A stretch of DNA of 64,000 nt, from NCBI GenBank assembly GCA_951813565.1, contig OX638351.1, positions 5,056,001 through 5,120,000 of the forward strand, written 5' to 3'. A program made the translations under genes and the position numbers. This DNA is from an uncultured Poribacteria bacterium. Its GTDB lineage: Bacteria > Poribacteria > WGA-4E > WGA-3G. The notes below the pieces were generated by a model. That model ran no database searches and had not been told where the DNA came from. It saw only the letters and a list, made by a program, of their open reading frames with translations. This document shows positions 28,196-37,425 of the stretch, in pieces; position 1 is the stretch's first letter; the number at the start of each line of letters is the position of its first letter.

Positions 28196-28960
28196 ATGAA
28201 AGTAGGTATTAGAGACGGAATGTTACCTGTTCCGTTCGCAGAATCGTTTAAGAAAGCAAAAGAGATAGGATTTGACGGTATTGAACTTTGCATGGGTGTA
28301 AATTATCGAGAACATACGCTTTGGCAAGAAGGCGGAATTGACACAGTAAATAGCCTCGCAGAAGAAGCAGGCATAGAAGTATCATCGCTCTCCCCGGGTG
28401 GTTTTACGGCATATTCCTTTATGCATCCAACGGATAGTGTGCGTACCGAAGGCATTGCGAAGTTGCAGTATCTCGCGGAAACATGCCCGAAATTAGACAC
28501 GAACGTTATCCTTGTGCCATTTTTTGGTGGCGGTCAAATAAAAGATGAGCATATCACCGACCCGCGTTTCCTTGATGGCGTAAAGGCTGCTGCAGATACT
28601 GCTGAGAAACATGACGTATTTCTCGCTATTGAATCTACATTAAGCGCGGACCAACACCAACAAATTATTGACCAAGTCGGTTCAAAAAATGTCGGTGTAT
28701 ATTACGATATGGGAAATGCGACAAATTTCGGCTACGACTCACCGTCCGAAATTCGGAGTTTAGGCAGTTCAATCGTGCAAATGCATATTAAAGACACAGG
28801 AGGCAACCACGCTGGTGAAGGTGATGTTGACTTTCCCGCAGTTTTTGAGTCAGCACATGCAATTGGCTACGATAGTTGGTTTGTGCTTGAAACGCCTGGG
28901 AAAGACGATCCAATCGCGTCAGCCGCGAAGAACCTGAATTTTGTCAGAAACAACTTCTGA
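28196..28960 (+). CDS. Sugar phosphate isomerase/epimerase (hexulose-6-P epimerase-like TIM barrel)
   Basis: GFDGIEL, LAIES, YYDMGNA, MHIKD, GEGDVDF, VLET; AGGAGG RBS. Confidence 0.85.
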   Translation: MKVGIRDGMLPVPFAESFKKAKEIGFDGIELCMGVNYREHTLWQEGGIDTVNSLAEEAGIEVSSLSPGGFTAYSFMHPTDSVRTEGIAKLQYLAETCPKLDTNVILVPFFGGGQIKDEHITDPRFLDGVKAAADTAEKHDVFLAIESTLSADQHQQIIDQVGSKNVGVYYDMGNATNFGYDSPSEIRSLGSSIVQMHIKDTGGNHAGEGDVDFPAVFESAHAIGYDSWFVLETPGKDDPIASAAKNLNFVRNNF

Positions 28961-29096
28961 ACTTGGTAGATTGTGGCTGTAGGGCGTTTCTATCGCCTTA
29001 CAGGAAACTAAATAGTCCAAGAATGAAACAGATTGAAAATAATCAGCTATCTACAAGAAAACTTGACATTTTGCATAATTGACCTGGAGGGTTGGT

Positions 29097-29900
29097 ATGA
29101 ACAATCAGAAATTAGTTATCCCACAATCAGAAGCCAAGAAACTACTATCACTCCCCACACGCGAAGCAGAACAACTTTTCCAAAGTTACGAAAAAGACCA
29201 ACAACTTGAGATTATCCGTGCAACCCGCAACCCGAAACAGCGAGAAGAATTATATTATCTTGTGCCAGACTGCACAGAGTTAATTCAGGATAGTCCTACC
29301 GAAGATGTCCTACAAGTGCTTGACACACTTCTTGGAACCGGTCTCGCATGCGGTCTATTACCGTGTTTATCTAACGAACAATTTGAAGAGATCATCGACA
29401 TTGCGATTTGGCGCGATGGAAATTTAGATGAAAAATCGCTAAGTTTGTGGCTATTTGAGTTATCTGAATGTGAGAGAGACGACCTTAGCCGCTTCCTCGG
29501 GCAAATAGACCTGCGTATTCTTGCTGGACTCCTCAAAGATCGTGTCAAGTTGAAAGGTGCACTCGGTGCGATGCTGATAGATGAAGGTGTCATTGATCCG
29601 AGTTCCCCATCAATCGAATGTAAAGATGACCAAGCCAGAGCGATTCTCAATGCAATATGGGAAGCAGATGGAGACCTTTTCAATCGACTTATGCGAGACA
29701 TTTTCGCTATTGACAAGGAAACAAGTGTAGATGAAGGATTAGTTTCCGCATTAGAAAGGGCAAGTGCAGAAAGGGCAGAGCGAGTCAAAGCACGTGATAG
29801 TGAAGCAGGAATCAGTGTCACCGAATCTGACCTGAAGCAGCATGTTGATTTGGATTCTCTCGAACTTGCCGAGGATAAAGGGGAAAATGCGGACGAGTAA
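29097..29900 (+). CDS. DUF6178-like protein, N-terminal half
   Basis: Recalled similarity of S.EQF..IIDIAIWRDG.LD...L..WL to the DUF6178 N-terminus; GGAGG RBS. Confidence 0.55.
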   Translation: MNNQKLVIPQSEAKKLLSLPTREAEQLFQSYEKDQQLEIIRATRNPKQREELYYLVPDCTELIQDSPTEDVLQVLDTLLGTGLACGLLPCLSNEQFEEIIDIAIWRDGNLDEKSLSLWLFELSECERDDLSRFLGQIDLRILAGLLKDRVKLKGALGAMLIDEGVIDPSSPSIECKDDQARAILNAIWEADGDLFNRLMRDIFAIDKETSVDEGLVSALERASAERAERVKARDSEAGISVTESDLKQHVDLDSLELAEDKGENADE

Positions 29901-30837
29901 ATTTTCCCTCGTAGCAGATGCAGTCATTGATGGGCAGTCTTTCTTAGCACGAACGATGCTGCACGGCGATGCCCTCGGTAGAATCGAAGCCGAAAAATCG
30001 GAGACGCTTTCCGAGGACATCGCCGCGCTTGCGCATAAACTAATTACAATGAAGGTCGCTGACCTTTCCAATGAGTCTGAACTTCGCGAACAGATTCAAG
30101 TCGCCTTCGCATTGACGAGTTTGGGTTTAGAATACGGAAGCAAGGGAAACTTGGACAAGGCAGTTAACGTGCTACTTGCAAACCCCATCGTCAAGTTTTT
30201 CCAAATCGGTAATACGCTTACAGACAAATTACTGAAAAAAGCCAGCCACATTCTTGAACACGCGATAATTGAACCAGATGAGTCCCTTTCCCACCTTGAC
30301 ATTGATAGCATTCGTATCTATAACCATGCCGAAGCAAAATTTTTAGACGCCTTAGCCGCATATAATTCTACTATCACCACAACACAAGTAACAATAAAGA
30401 ACGACCATCCACCCCGTGCCTTTACGAATCTTTCTGATATGGAGATTATCCGTCAACAGTTGGATTATATTGAGGCACGATGGGGTTATGTCCAAACATT
30501 GCCGCTTGAAGATATTTTTACGATTGACCCACCCCTTAGCATCGCCGTAGACCCAATTCAAACATTAACACTCAGTTTGATGGCAAATTTGACGGTGTAT
30601 TTTCAACCTGATTTACAGTTGGAAGCGGACACGCTTTCCGATTTTAGAGACATCATCTATGATGAAAGCAGTGGCGAGATTAGAGAGGCGCCACGCCAAC
30701 GTTTGTTAGATTGGATTGAAAACTATCTTGAACAAGATAACCAACCTGACGATGTAAAAAAGTATACTGTGGCATATTGGGATGCCTGCCTGCAGGAAAT
30801 GATTGATCCAGATTCCAATTTGGGGTTGTTGTTATAA
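29887..30837 (+). CDS. DUF6178-like protein, C-terminal half
   Basis: SLGLEYGSKG.LDKA..VL.......FFQIG.TL motif; overlaps the previous gene by 14 nt. Confidence 0.55.
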   Translation: MRTSKFSLVADAVIDGQSFLARTMLHGDALGRIEAEKSETLSEDIAALAHKLITMKVADLSNESELREQIQVAFALTSLGLEYGSKGNLDKAVNVLLANPIVKFFQIGNTLTDKLLKKASHILEHAIIEPDESLSHLDIDSIRIYNHAEAKFLDALAAYNSTITTTQVTIKNDHPPRAFTNLSDMEIIRQQLDYIEARWGYVQTLPLEDIFTIDPPLSIAVDPIQTLTLSLMANLTVYFQPDLQLEADTLSDFRDIIYDESSGEIREAPRQRLLDWIENYLEQDNQPDDVKKYTVAYWDACLQEMIDPDSNLGLLL

Positions 30838-31058
30838 TACAATTCCCTTGGTGTCATCTGAACCAGGATTTTCAAGATTGTGAAGTTCTCCTGATTGAAA
30901 TTTATCTCTTGTGGGAGGGCTTTTTAAGCCCGATATATGATTGCATAACGGTTGGAAACTCGCGGATCCCTTAGGCACATGCAACGTTGATTCAGTTAGG
31001 GTTATTTAGTTTCGCAATATATAATTTATGAAATAAATTATATATTGCGATAAGTTTT

Positions 31059-31567
31059 ATGCGCTACATTGAGATCGGGGCGTTGATGGTAAACTCACGA
31101 TGTCGGTGATACCGATGAGTGTTATGCCTTTTGATTTCGTTTTGATGGCTAAAAACAGGATCCCACTGATGACACCGAGCCGGAGTAAGAAAATCAGTAT
31201 CTGCTGTATCAGTTCCATGTACCCTACATTCCGCACTTCGAATTTCCGATTTTCGATATTTATTTCTCAAACCTGCGTGGCACCTACATCGAGCAAGCAA
31301 TTTCAGGTGAACCAGAAAAAAAGAAAAGTGACAAGTGGAATCTTAATTCACGGCACCAAATCTCCTATTATCCGGCACGGATCCTTTCGTGACACGGGTT
31401 TGTCCTATAAATATTAAATTCTGATTAAACAACTGCGGAATGTGGGTGGTATCTACCATATTGATGTATTAGATGATATTAATTCCTTGAAAGGTCTGAT
31501 AAAAGAATTTAACAGTCTTATTATTGAACCGATTCGCCAAAAGCGTAAACAAAAGAGCATCACATAA
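31059..31567 (+). pseudogene. Possible degraded gene remnant
   Basis: Protein-like stretches (YLLYQFHVPYIPHFEFPIFDIYFSNLRGTYIEQ) broken by several stops and frameshifts. Confidence 0.3.
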
Positions 31568-31677
31568 TAATTATATTCCGAAAGTCATTTGAAACGGAAA
31601 AAGAGGCGAAACAGCGTGCTATATCCGAGATGGGAATATACACCAACGTTTTTATGTTGTCCTCCGACGCAAGCGCA

Positions 31678-31961
31678 CTAACGACTTGACCTCTTTAGCA
31701 TCTTTTCATATTCACTGTGGGGACCGATCCAATACCAAATAATCTGACCATCATCTTCATATCCTAAGCTCTATAATCGTTGGTAATTCGTATTGACCAG
31801 AGACCAGCAGAGACTTTTTTGAAGCGAAGTGATGGATATAAGGGATTTTCTTGTAGGATTTGGAATTGTCTGGCAGCACGTCTTTGTATATTTTGCGGAA
31901 GTTTTTGCACCAATCCTATAAAATTCGGATTTCTGATGTGCTCAAATTGTAAGTTATTCAT
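31678..31961 (-). pseudogene. RelE/ParE-like toxin with a 1-nt deletion frameshift
   Basis: LQENPLYPSLRFKKV..LWSIRITNDYRA then TAG; restoring one T gives LGYEDDGQIIWYWIGPHSEYEKML. Confidence 0.8.
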
Positions 31962-31968
31962 GCCTGTC

Positions 31969-32286
31969 TTACACGATCTTAGAACACCTGCCTGCTTTGT
32001 AATCTTCAATAGCCTTTTCAATAAGGTGATCAAGCCTACCTGCTTCCATATCCTCTTTGATCTGCTGATCCCATGCTTCTTCTTTCGCAATTAGGGTTTT
32101 CTCAAGCATATCTGGCAATTTTTCTTGCACAGCTTCGGCAGTTTCCGCAGTGTATTCTATTTCGGGAAGTTCAGCAATAGATCCTTCCCAACAATTCCCA
32201 TTTTTTTGGATATATGCGGTATAGGTCTCATCGAACAGTTTATTATAAATATAATAAGTTATCATCCCTTGCCCTGTAATGATCAT
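31969..32286 (-). CDS. Putative antitoxin (HicB-like N-terminus)
   Basis: YTAYIQK.G.CWEGSIAELPEI...AETAE; C-terminal WDQQIKEDMEAGRLDHL; directly upstream of the toxin. Confidence 0.7.
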   Translation of the reverse strand: MIITGQGMITYYIYNKLFDETYTAYIQKNGNCWEGSIAELPEIEYTAETAEAVQEKLPDMLEKTLIAKEEAWDQQIKEDMEAGRLDHLIEKAIEDYKAGRCSKIV

Positions 32287-32309
32287 TTTTAACATCTCCT
32301 TATTAGATA

Positions 32310-32677
32310 CTATACTTTGGACAATTTTAGCTGTTTTCGTGAGGTTGGGTTAGAGAAAAACATATAGTTTTCATATTGGACACCTGTCGCCCCGCTGGGG
32401 CTGAAGCGGGTTGTTTACCGCGTTTCTATACACCTGTCGCCCCGCTGGGGCTGCCCAAAAGGTATTTTTGGACGAGTTCTTTCAGCCAGCAAAATCGCAG
32501 AAAATATAAATAATATAAGATGACACCTTAGCCCCAGCGGGGCGACAGGTATATAGAAGAAGGTAATTGCCGCTGTCTAAAGCCCCAGCGGGGCGACAGG
32601 TGTCCAATATTTTGCTTTGGACACCTAACAGTTTCTCAGCAAGTCCTCGAACAATATGTAAATTGTCCAAACTATAG
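32310..32677. mobile_element. MITE family B (368 bp) carrying four REP-like palindromes
   Basis: TIR CTATA(C/G)TTTGGACAATTT; 9-bp TSD TATTAGATA; inverted copy at 51498-51865. Confidence 0.92.
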
Positions 32678-32726
32678 TATTAGATATTATGATGCGTTTT
32701 TTATAGAATCACACTGTTCAATTTTC

Positions 32727-32801
32727 GCACTGTTCCCGTTTCGACTCGGTAAGGTAGAGACCGCCTCAAGCGAGGCAGGTCGAATTCTCTACCAACAGTG
32801 C
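32727..32801 (-). ncRNA. Structured RNA motif, copy 2 (5' leader of the toxin-antitoxin operon)
   Basis: GCACUGUU/AACAGUGC closing stem and CCUC-GCUU-GAGG hairpin; begins 7 nt after TTGCAA-N17-TATCCT. Confidence 0.55.
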
Positions 32802-33054
32802 TAAGTATAGGATACGGGAAAAAGGCAGGATTTGCAAGTAAAATCTCTTAATGTCGTCTTTGATACGAAAAACGCCATTAAAATATAACAATAAAAATAC
32901 TATGCAATAAATAATTTATGTCATAAACTATTTATTGCGTTTAGTTTTAAGAATTCTTAGTTTATGTATATTACTTAGAGTTATAGTGTAGGTAGGTAAG
33001 GTTTACGCGAACCCATAGGCATTAATTTAAGGATTATCTGAGAATGAGATATGC

Positions 33055-33375
33055 TCTTTAGTCCCGCCAAATGCCAAAAGCGCATTTGACGTTGATTTGG
33101 TAGGGACGGAATGTTTATAATAACAACAACTATGACAAACATATCGTTCCTACGGAACTCAAGACGTGTTGTTCATTTTTCTATAAACATATCGTCCCCG
33201 CCGAATACCATACGGGGTATGCCATAAGGCATTCATACCCGGGGAACGCCTACAAGCGCCGAATGCCAACAGCGCATTCGGCGTTGATTCTGTTCATACC
33301 GTTGATTTCTTGATTTGGCAAATGCTGCGTTGATTTGGATTTCTTTGTAGGAGTGACCTCCTAGTCGCGACCACA
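33055..33375. repeat. REP cluster with multiple nested hairpin+TTGATTTGG insertions
   Basis: GTCCCG[34-nt insert]TAGGGAC and stacked CGTTGATTTGG tails. Confidence 0.7.
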
Positions 33376-33529
33376 TCAAAATATTGAGAAAAACGTGAAA
33401 ACTGAATGTTCTGCCGCTTATATTAAGCAAGTTGCATAACTCGCAAACTTGTGCTATCATACTTTCACATAAATTAAGATTGTAGGAGCATTGCGGTGTT
33501 CACCGACGTGTGGAAACCGTAGAGAAAAA

Positions 33530-34069
33530 ATGCAATTAGAAACTGCAACATTTGGGGCGGGATGTTTTTGGTGTGTTGAAGCAGTTTTTCAGCAGTTAGA
33601 AGGCGTTCATAAGGTTGTTTCAGGCTATACAGGCGGCACAACTGTAAACCCAAACTATCGCGCTGTCTGTATGGGTATGACGGGACATGCAGAAGTCGCG
33701 CAAATAGAGTTTGACCCTGAAGTGATTTCTTACAAAAAACTGTTGGAAGTTTTCTGGCAGACACACGATCCAACGACATTAAATCGCCAAGGAAATGATA
33801 CAGGCACACAGTATCGTTCTGCCATTTTCTACCATTCCGAGACACAGCAGCGCATCGCCGAAGAATCTAAAGCGGAAATGGATAAATCTGGGATGTGGGA
33901 CAACCCAATTGTCACAGAAATCACGCAGCTTGATGTCTTTTATCCTGCTGAAGACTATCACCAAAACTATTTCCAGTTGAATCCGAGACAACCGTACTGT
34001 CAGTTTGTGATTCATCCGAAGATGAAAAAGTTTACAAAGGATTTCAAGGATAAACTCAAATCCAGCTAA
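33530..34069 (+). CDS. msrA: Peptide-methionine (S)-S-oxide reductase
   Basis: GAGCFWCVE, GHAEV, HDPTTLNRQGND.GTQYRS, AEDYHQNY. Confidence 0.96.
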   Translation: MQLETATFGAGCFWCVEAVFQQLEGVHKVVSGYTGGTTVNPNYRAVCMGMTGHAEVAQIEFDPEVISYKKLLEVFWQTHDPTTLNRQGNDTGTQYRSAIFYHSETQQRIAEESKAEMDKSGMWDNPIVTEITQLDVFYPAEDYHQNYFQLNPRQPYCQFVIHPKMKKFTKDFKDKLKSS

Positions 34070-34119
34070 GGTTTTCATAATAAAGACCGTGAGAATGCGT
34101 TCTTTATTATGAAAACCTT
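34068..34119. terminator. 19-bp-arm inverted repeat after msrA
   Basis: AAGGTTTTCATAATAAAGA / TCTTTATTATGAAAACCTT. Confidence 0.55.
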
Positions 34120-34481
34120 TATTTATACTGAACTTTAGAATTAACAGGACATTTTGAGTTGTCCGAGGGAACTCCGGGGAATGCCAAAAGGCATTCATAC
34201 CGTTGATTTGGATTCCCGACTATCAGTGAGTTTCGTCGCGATTCGGAGATCGCTCTTACAGAAATGTGCCTCTTTAATTTCAAAGTTCACCATAAGAATC
34301 TCAAGCACAAATAATAGCAGCCCCAACGGGGCGGAATGTTTATAGATACATCGTGAAAAAACTCTTTAGCCCCAGCGGGGCGAAATGTGTATCAATAAGC
34401 CAACATTGATGTCAAAAGATGTTCTATTAACCCAGAAGATTAGTCAAAAACCAAAATATTGTCCAAAGTCTTGTATTTTTA

Positions 34482-34633
34482 ACCCAAGTTGCTACCTATA
34501 TCGCGAATGCTCTTGTAGGAGGGGTTTCTAACCCCGATTTAGAAAAGAAAGCATAAGAATTAGCTGGAAATCCTTGTTTTTCAGTAAAAAGCAATGTCTG
34601 CAAGCTTGAAATCTTGTCCGTAGCAACTTAGGT
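34482..34633. mobile_element. MITE family C (152 bp)
   Basis: TIR ACCCAAGTTGCTAC / GTAGCAACTTAGGT; 8-bp TSD TATTTTTA; relative at 39429-39638. Confidence 0.8.
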
Positions 34634-34653
34634 TATTTTTAGGAGGTAGAATA

Positions 34654-36264
34654 TTGAAACCTTATTCTATAGTCATACTATGTATCACGCTCTTTATATG
34701 TTATTTTAGTGGAAGTAGTAATGTGATATCCCAAGAGGCAGAACAACCAACAGAGGCAGCGCAACCAACACCTGTCCAAGTTGAAACGCCACGCCGTGTT
34801 ACAATTGTCTCAGAAAAGAGTTACAACGGTTTTTTACAACCGCGTGCAGAAGTGAAGGTGTTTGCTAATATTGCTGGTAAAATCATTGCACTCAATGCGG
34901 AAGTTGGACAGAAGGTAGCAAAAGGGGATATGCTCGCCCAGATCAGTGCGCGTGAGGCAGGCATCGCAGCAATAAAGACTGAAGTAACATTAAGCGTTGC
35001 CAAATCGCAACTCACAACGACAGAAGCAAACGCGCAGGCGCGTGTTGAAACGCAACTTGTGACAGCGAAAGAAGCCGTTGCAGAGGCGGAAGCGAAACTT
35101 GAGGAGACAAAATCACTCGCTGAGATCCGGATTCGTAATAAGTTATTACAAGCGGAATCTGCCCTTAAAGTTGCCGAGTCGAACTTGGAGCGCGCGAAAG
35201 TCAGTTCGGAGCAGGGACTGGAACGGGCAAAAACAGAATTTGCCAAAACGACATCGGACTATGAAAGAAATAAAGAACTTCACGAAAAAGAACTTATCAG
35301 TGACAGCGATTTTGAATCATCAGAAACGCGTTACAAACTGGGTAAAAGCCGATATGAAGAGGCTGTCGCATCAGCAAATCAGTTTAAAGATGGTTCAGCG
35401 CAACTGGCAGTGGAAAAAGCAAAAGCAGAATTAGTTGTAGCCCAGAAAATAGTCGAGAGCAAAGGATGGGAACGTGAAATTGCTGCAGCTGAAGCTAAAG
35501 TTACGCAAGCGAAAGCCAATTTGGTTACTGCTCAAAAACTCGTTGACGCAAAAGCATGGGAACGCGAAATTGCAATCGCGAAATCTGCTGTCAGTGAAGC
35601 AGAAGAACAACTAAAACTGGCGCGGGAACAGGTGAATCAAGCAGCTATTATTTCCCCAATTGACGGTGTGATTGCGCAGCGTCATCAAGAACTTGGGGAT
35701 TACGCCAAAACTGCCGCTTCTTCTGGTACACCAGTGTATACGGTTGTTGCTGTAGATGTTCTCAAAGCCGTTTGGACAGTGCCTGTGAGCGATATAAACC
35801 GAATTAAGAATGGAAATATGGTGCTTATCTCTGCAGCATCCGGTATTCAGAACATTATTGGAACAATTGATTTTATCAGTCCAACTGTAAAACAGGGAGA
35901 GAATACGGTTGTTGTTCACGCAACACTACGTAATTCAGCAGGCATGAACGCTGAAAACAGTTCTCCAACGCCAATTGACAATAGCGCATTAAAACCGGGC
36001 ACATCGGTTACTATCTCTATCAAAACAGGTGAACGGAAAAATGTCTTGTTGCTACCGCGTCGTGCTGTTGTGCAGATTCAGAATGGAAAAGGGAACATTT
36101 TTGTCGTTGAGGGAGATGTGGTGCGTCTTAAACAAGTAAATGTAGGCGGTGTATACGGTAACGAAATAGAAATTAACTCGCGTCTCGCGCTGGCAACGCA
36201 AGTGATTATTGACAATCAGCACCTGCTTAAGGATGGTATGGCAGTTTCAGTTGTGAAGGATTGA
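34654..36264 (+). CDS. RND/HlyD-type efflux periplasmic adaptor with extended helical hairpin
   Basis: GKIIALNAEVGQKVAKGDML and IISPIDGVI lipoyl halves, long coiled coil, VNVG C-terminus; AGGAGG RBS. Confidence 0.82.
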   Translation: MKPYSIVILCITLFICYFSGSSNVISQEAEQPTEAAQPTPVQVETPRRVTIVSEKSYNGFLQPRAEVKVFANIAGKIIALNAEVGQKVAKGDMLAQISAREAGIAAIKTEVTLSVAKSQLTTTEANAQARVETQLVTAKEAVAEAEAKLEETKSLAEIRIRNKLLQAESALKVAESNLERAKVSSEQGLERAKTEFAKTTSDYERNKELHEKELISDSDFESSETRYKLGKSRYEEAVASANQFKDGSAQLAVEKAKAELVVAQKIVESKGWEREIAAAEAKVTQAKANLVTAQKLVDAKAWEREIAIAKSAVSEAEEQLKLAREQVNQAAIISPIDGVIAQRHQELGDYAKTAASSGTPVYTVVAVDVLKAVWTVPVSDINRIKNGNMVLISAASGIQNIIGTIDFISPTVKQGENTVVVHATLRNSAGMNAENSSPTPIDNSALKPGTSVTISIKTGERKNVLLLPRRAVVQIQNGKGNIFVVEGDVVRLKQVNVGGVYGNEIEINSRLALATQVIIDNQHLLKDGMAVSVVKD

Positions 36265-36277
36265 GGTATGATTCTGT

Positions 36278-37411
36278 CTATTTCTTACTGAGAACATAAA
36301 CCTGAATGTGTTCCCACTTCCGTTTAGACCGATGCGTTGCAACGCGTCTTTTAAAAAGGTCTTTGCAGACAAAACCTGACTCATCTATTATCGCTTCAAG
36401 GTTAGCGATTGCTTTTGGGCCGGACGCATCCGCATAGCCTAATATTAGCAGTCCATCAGGTTTCAGGAAGTCCGCCACCTGTTCAAAAAACCGTCTCAAT
36501 GTTTGTTGTTTTTCGTCGTGGATTGCTAACTCCGCTCTGTTTCGCACACGCGCAACAACCCACGGTGCGTTGAAAATGATAATGTCAAATTGGACTGATG
36601 GAAACGGATCAAACAGGTCTCCAGGCGGCATAACCTGCACATTGTCTGAATTTGATAACACCTGCTGAATGTTCAATTTCGTTGTTGCTACTGCTTCAGG
36701 GAGAATGTCAGACGCATATATCTTCGCTTTTTCCCCTAATTCCTGCTGTGCAAGTAGTGTCAAACACCCACTTCCACAACCGACATCTGCAACTATGGGA
36801 TTGCTGGGTAAGTTTTCATTGTACACACTTTGTAGTGCTTCTTGAAAGCATTCAATTGTTTCTTGGGAACGCGGGGCAAGGACATTTTCAGACGCAACAA
36901 GGGACGCTTCTAAGGCGTGGATAGCATAAGTCCCTTCAAGTGCGTTCTGAATACGTTGAATAGTAACGACAGGCACAAGAAACGGACAGTCTTCGTTAGC
37001 ATCGGGCGGTTCACCAATCAACTCCAATAAATAAGGTCCAACAGGAACGGGTTCAACCTGTAAATTTCCTTCCTGATTTGCCCAACACATCAGTTTAGAC
37101 AGTGCTGCTTCTCGATCCTGTTTCGGATTGTTACGTTGATGACGTGATTTTCCTCTCTTAGCTCGGTCAGTATTTGGCGCGGATAATTCCTTTTTATGTC
37201 GCTGGATGTAGTCCATTACGGCAATAATTTGTTCCCATCCCCCTTCAACAATTGCAACACCACCGCGCTGAATATGTGTGAAAATACGTCCAAGATTTTT
37301 TAACTCTTGATGCGCAAACAGCCTTACACTTCCACGTGCAAAGACAGCATCGCGACATTCAGTAGGAACGTAGAGTTCCCCGATAGGACTAACGGAATAG
37401 AATTTGTTCAT
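36278..37411 (-). CDS. Class I SAM-dependent methyltransferase (HemK/MTS-like)
   Basis: DVGCGSGCL, SDI, GDLF, FDIIIFNAPW. Confidence 0.8.
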   Translation of the reverse strand: MNKFYSVSPIGELYVPTECRDAVFARGSVRLFAHQELKNLGRIFTHIQRGGVAIVEGGWEQIIAVMDYIQRHKKELSAPNTDRAKRGKSRHQRNNPKQDREAALSKLMCWANQEGNLQVEPVPVGPYLLELIGEPPDANEDCPFLVPVVTIQRIQNALEGTYAIHALEASLVASENVLAPRSQETIECFQEALQSVYNENLPSNPIVADVGCGSGCLTLLAQQELGEKAKIYASDILPEAVATTKLNIQQVLSNSDNVQVMPPGDLFDPFPSVQFDIIIFNAPWVVARVRNRAELAIHDEKQQTLRRFFEQVADFLKPDGLLILGYADASGPKAIANLEAIIDESGFVCKDLFKRRVATHRSKRKWEHIQVYVLSKK

Positions 37412-37425
37412 TTGGTGCTGTGGTA

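Noticed and set aside
32370..32610. Repeats ACACCTGTCGCCCCGCTGGGGCT as a mini-CRISPR, and the duplicated 62-aa ORFs
   Set aside because: Two direct and two inverted copies lie inside a TIR/TSD-bounded MITE; the ORFs are incidental to the repeat.
32727..32801. tRNA
   Set aside because: The size is similar, but there is no cloverleaf with D, anticodon and T arms and no CCA; treated as a different structured motif.
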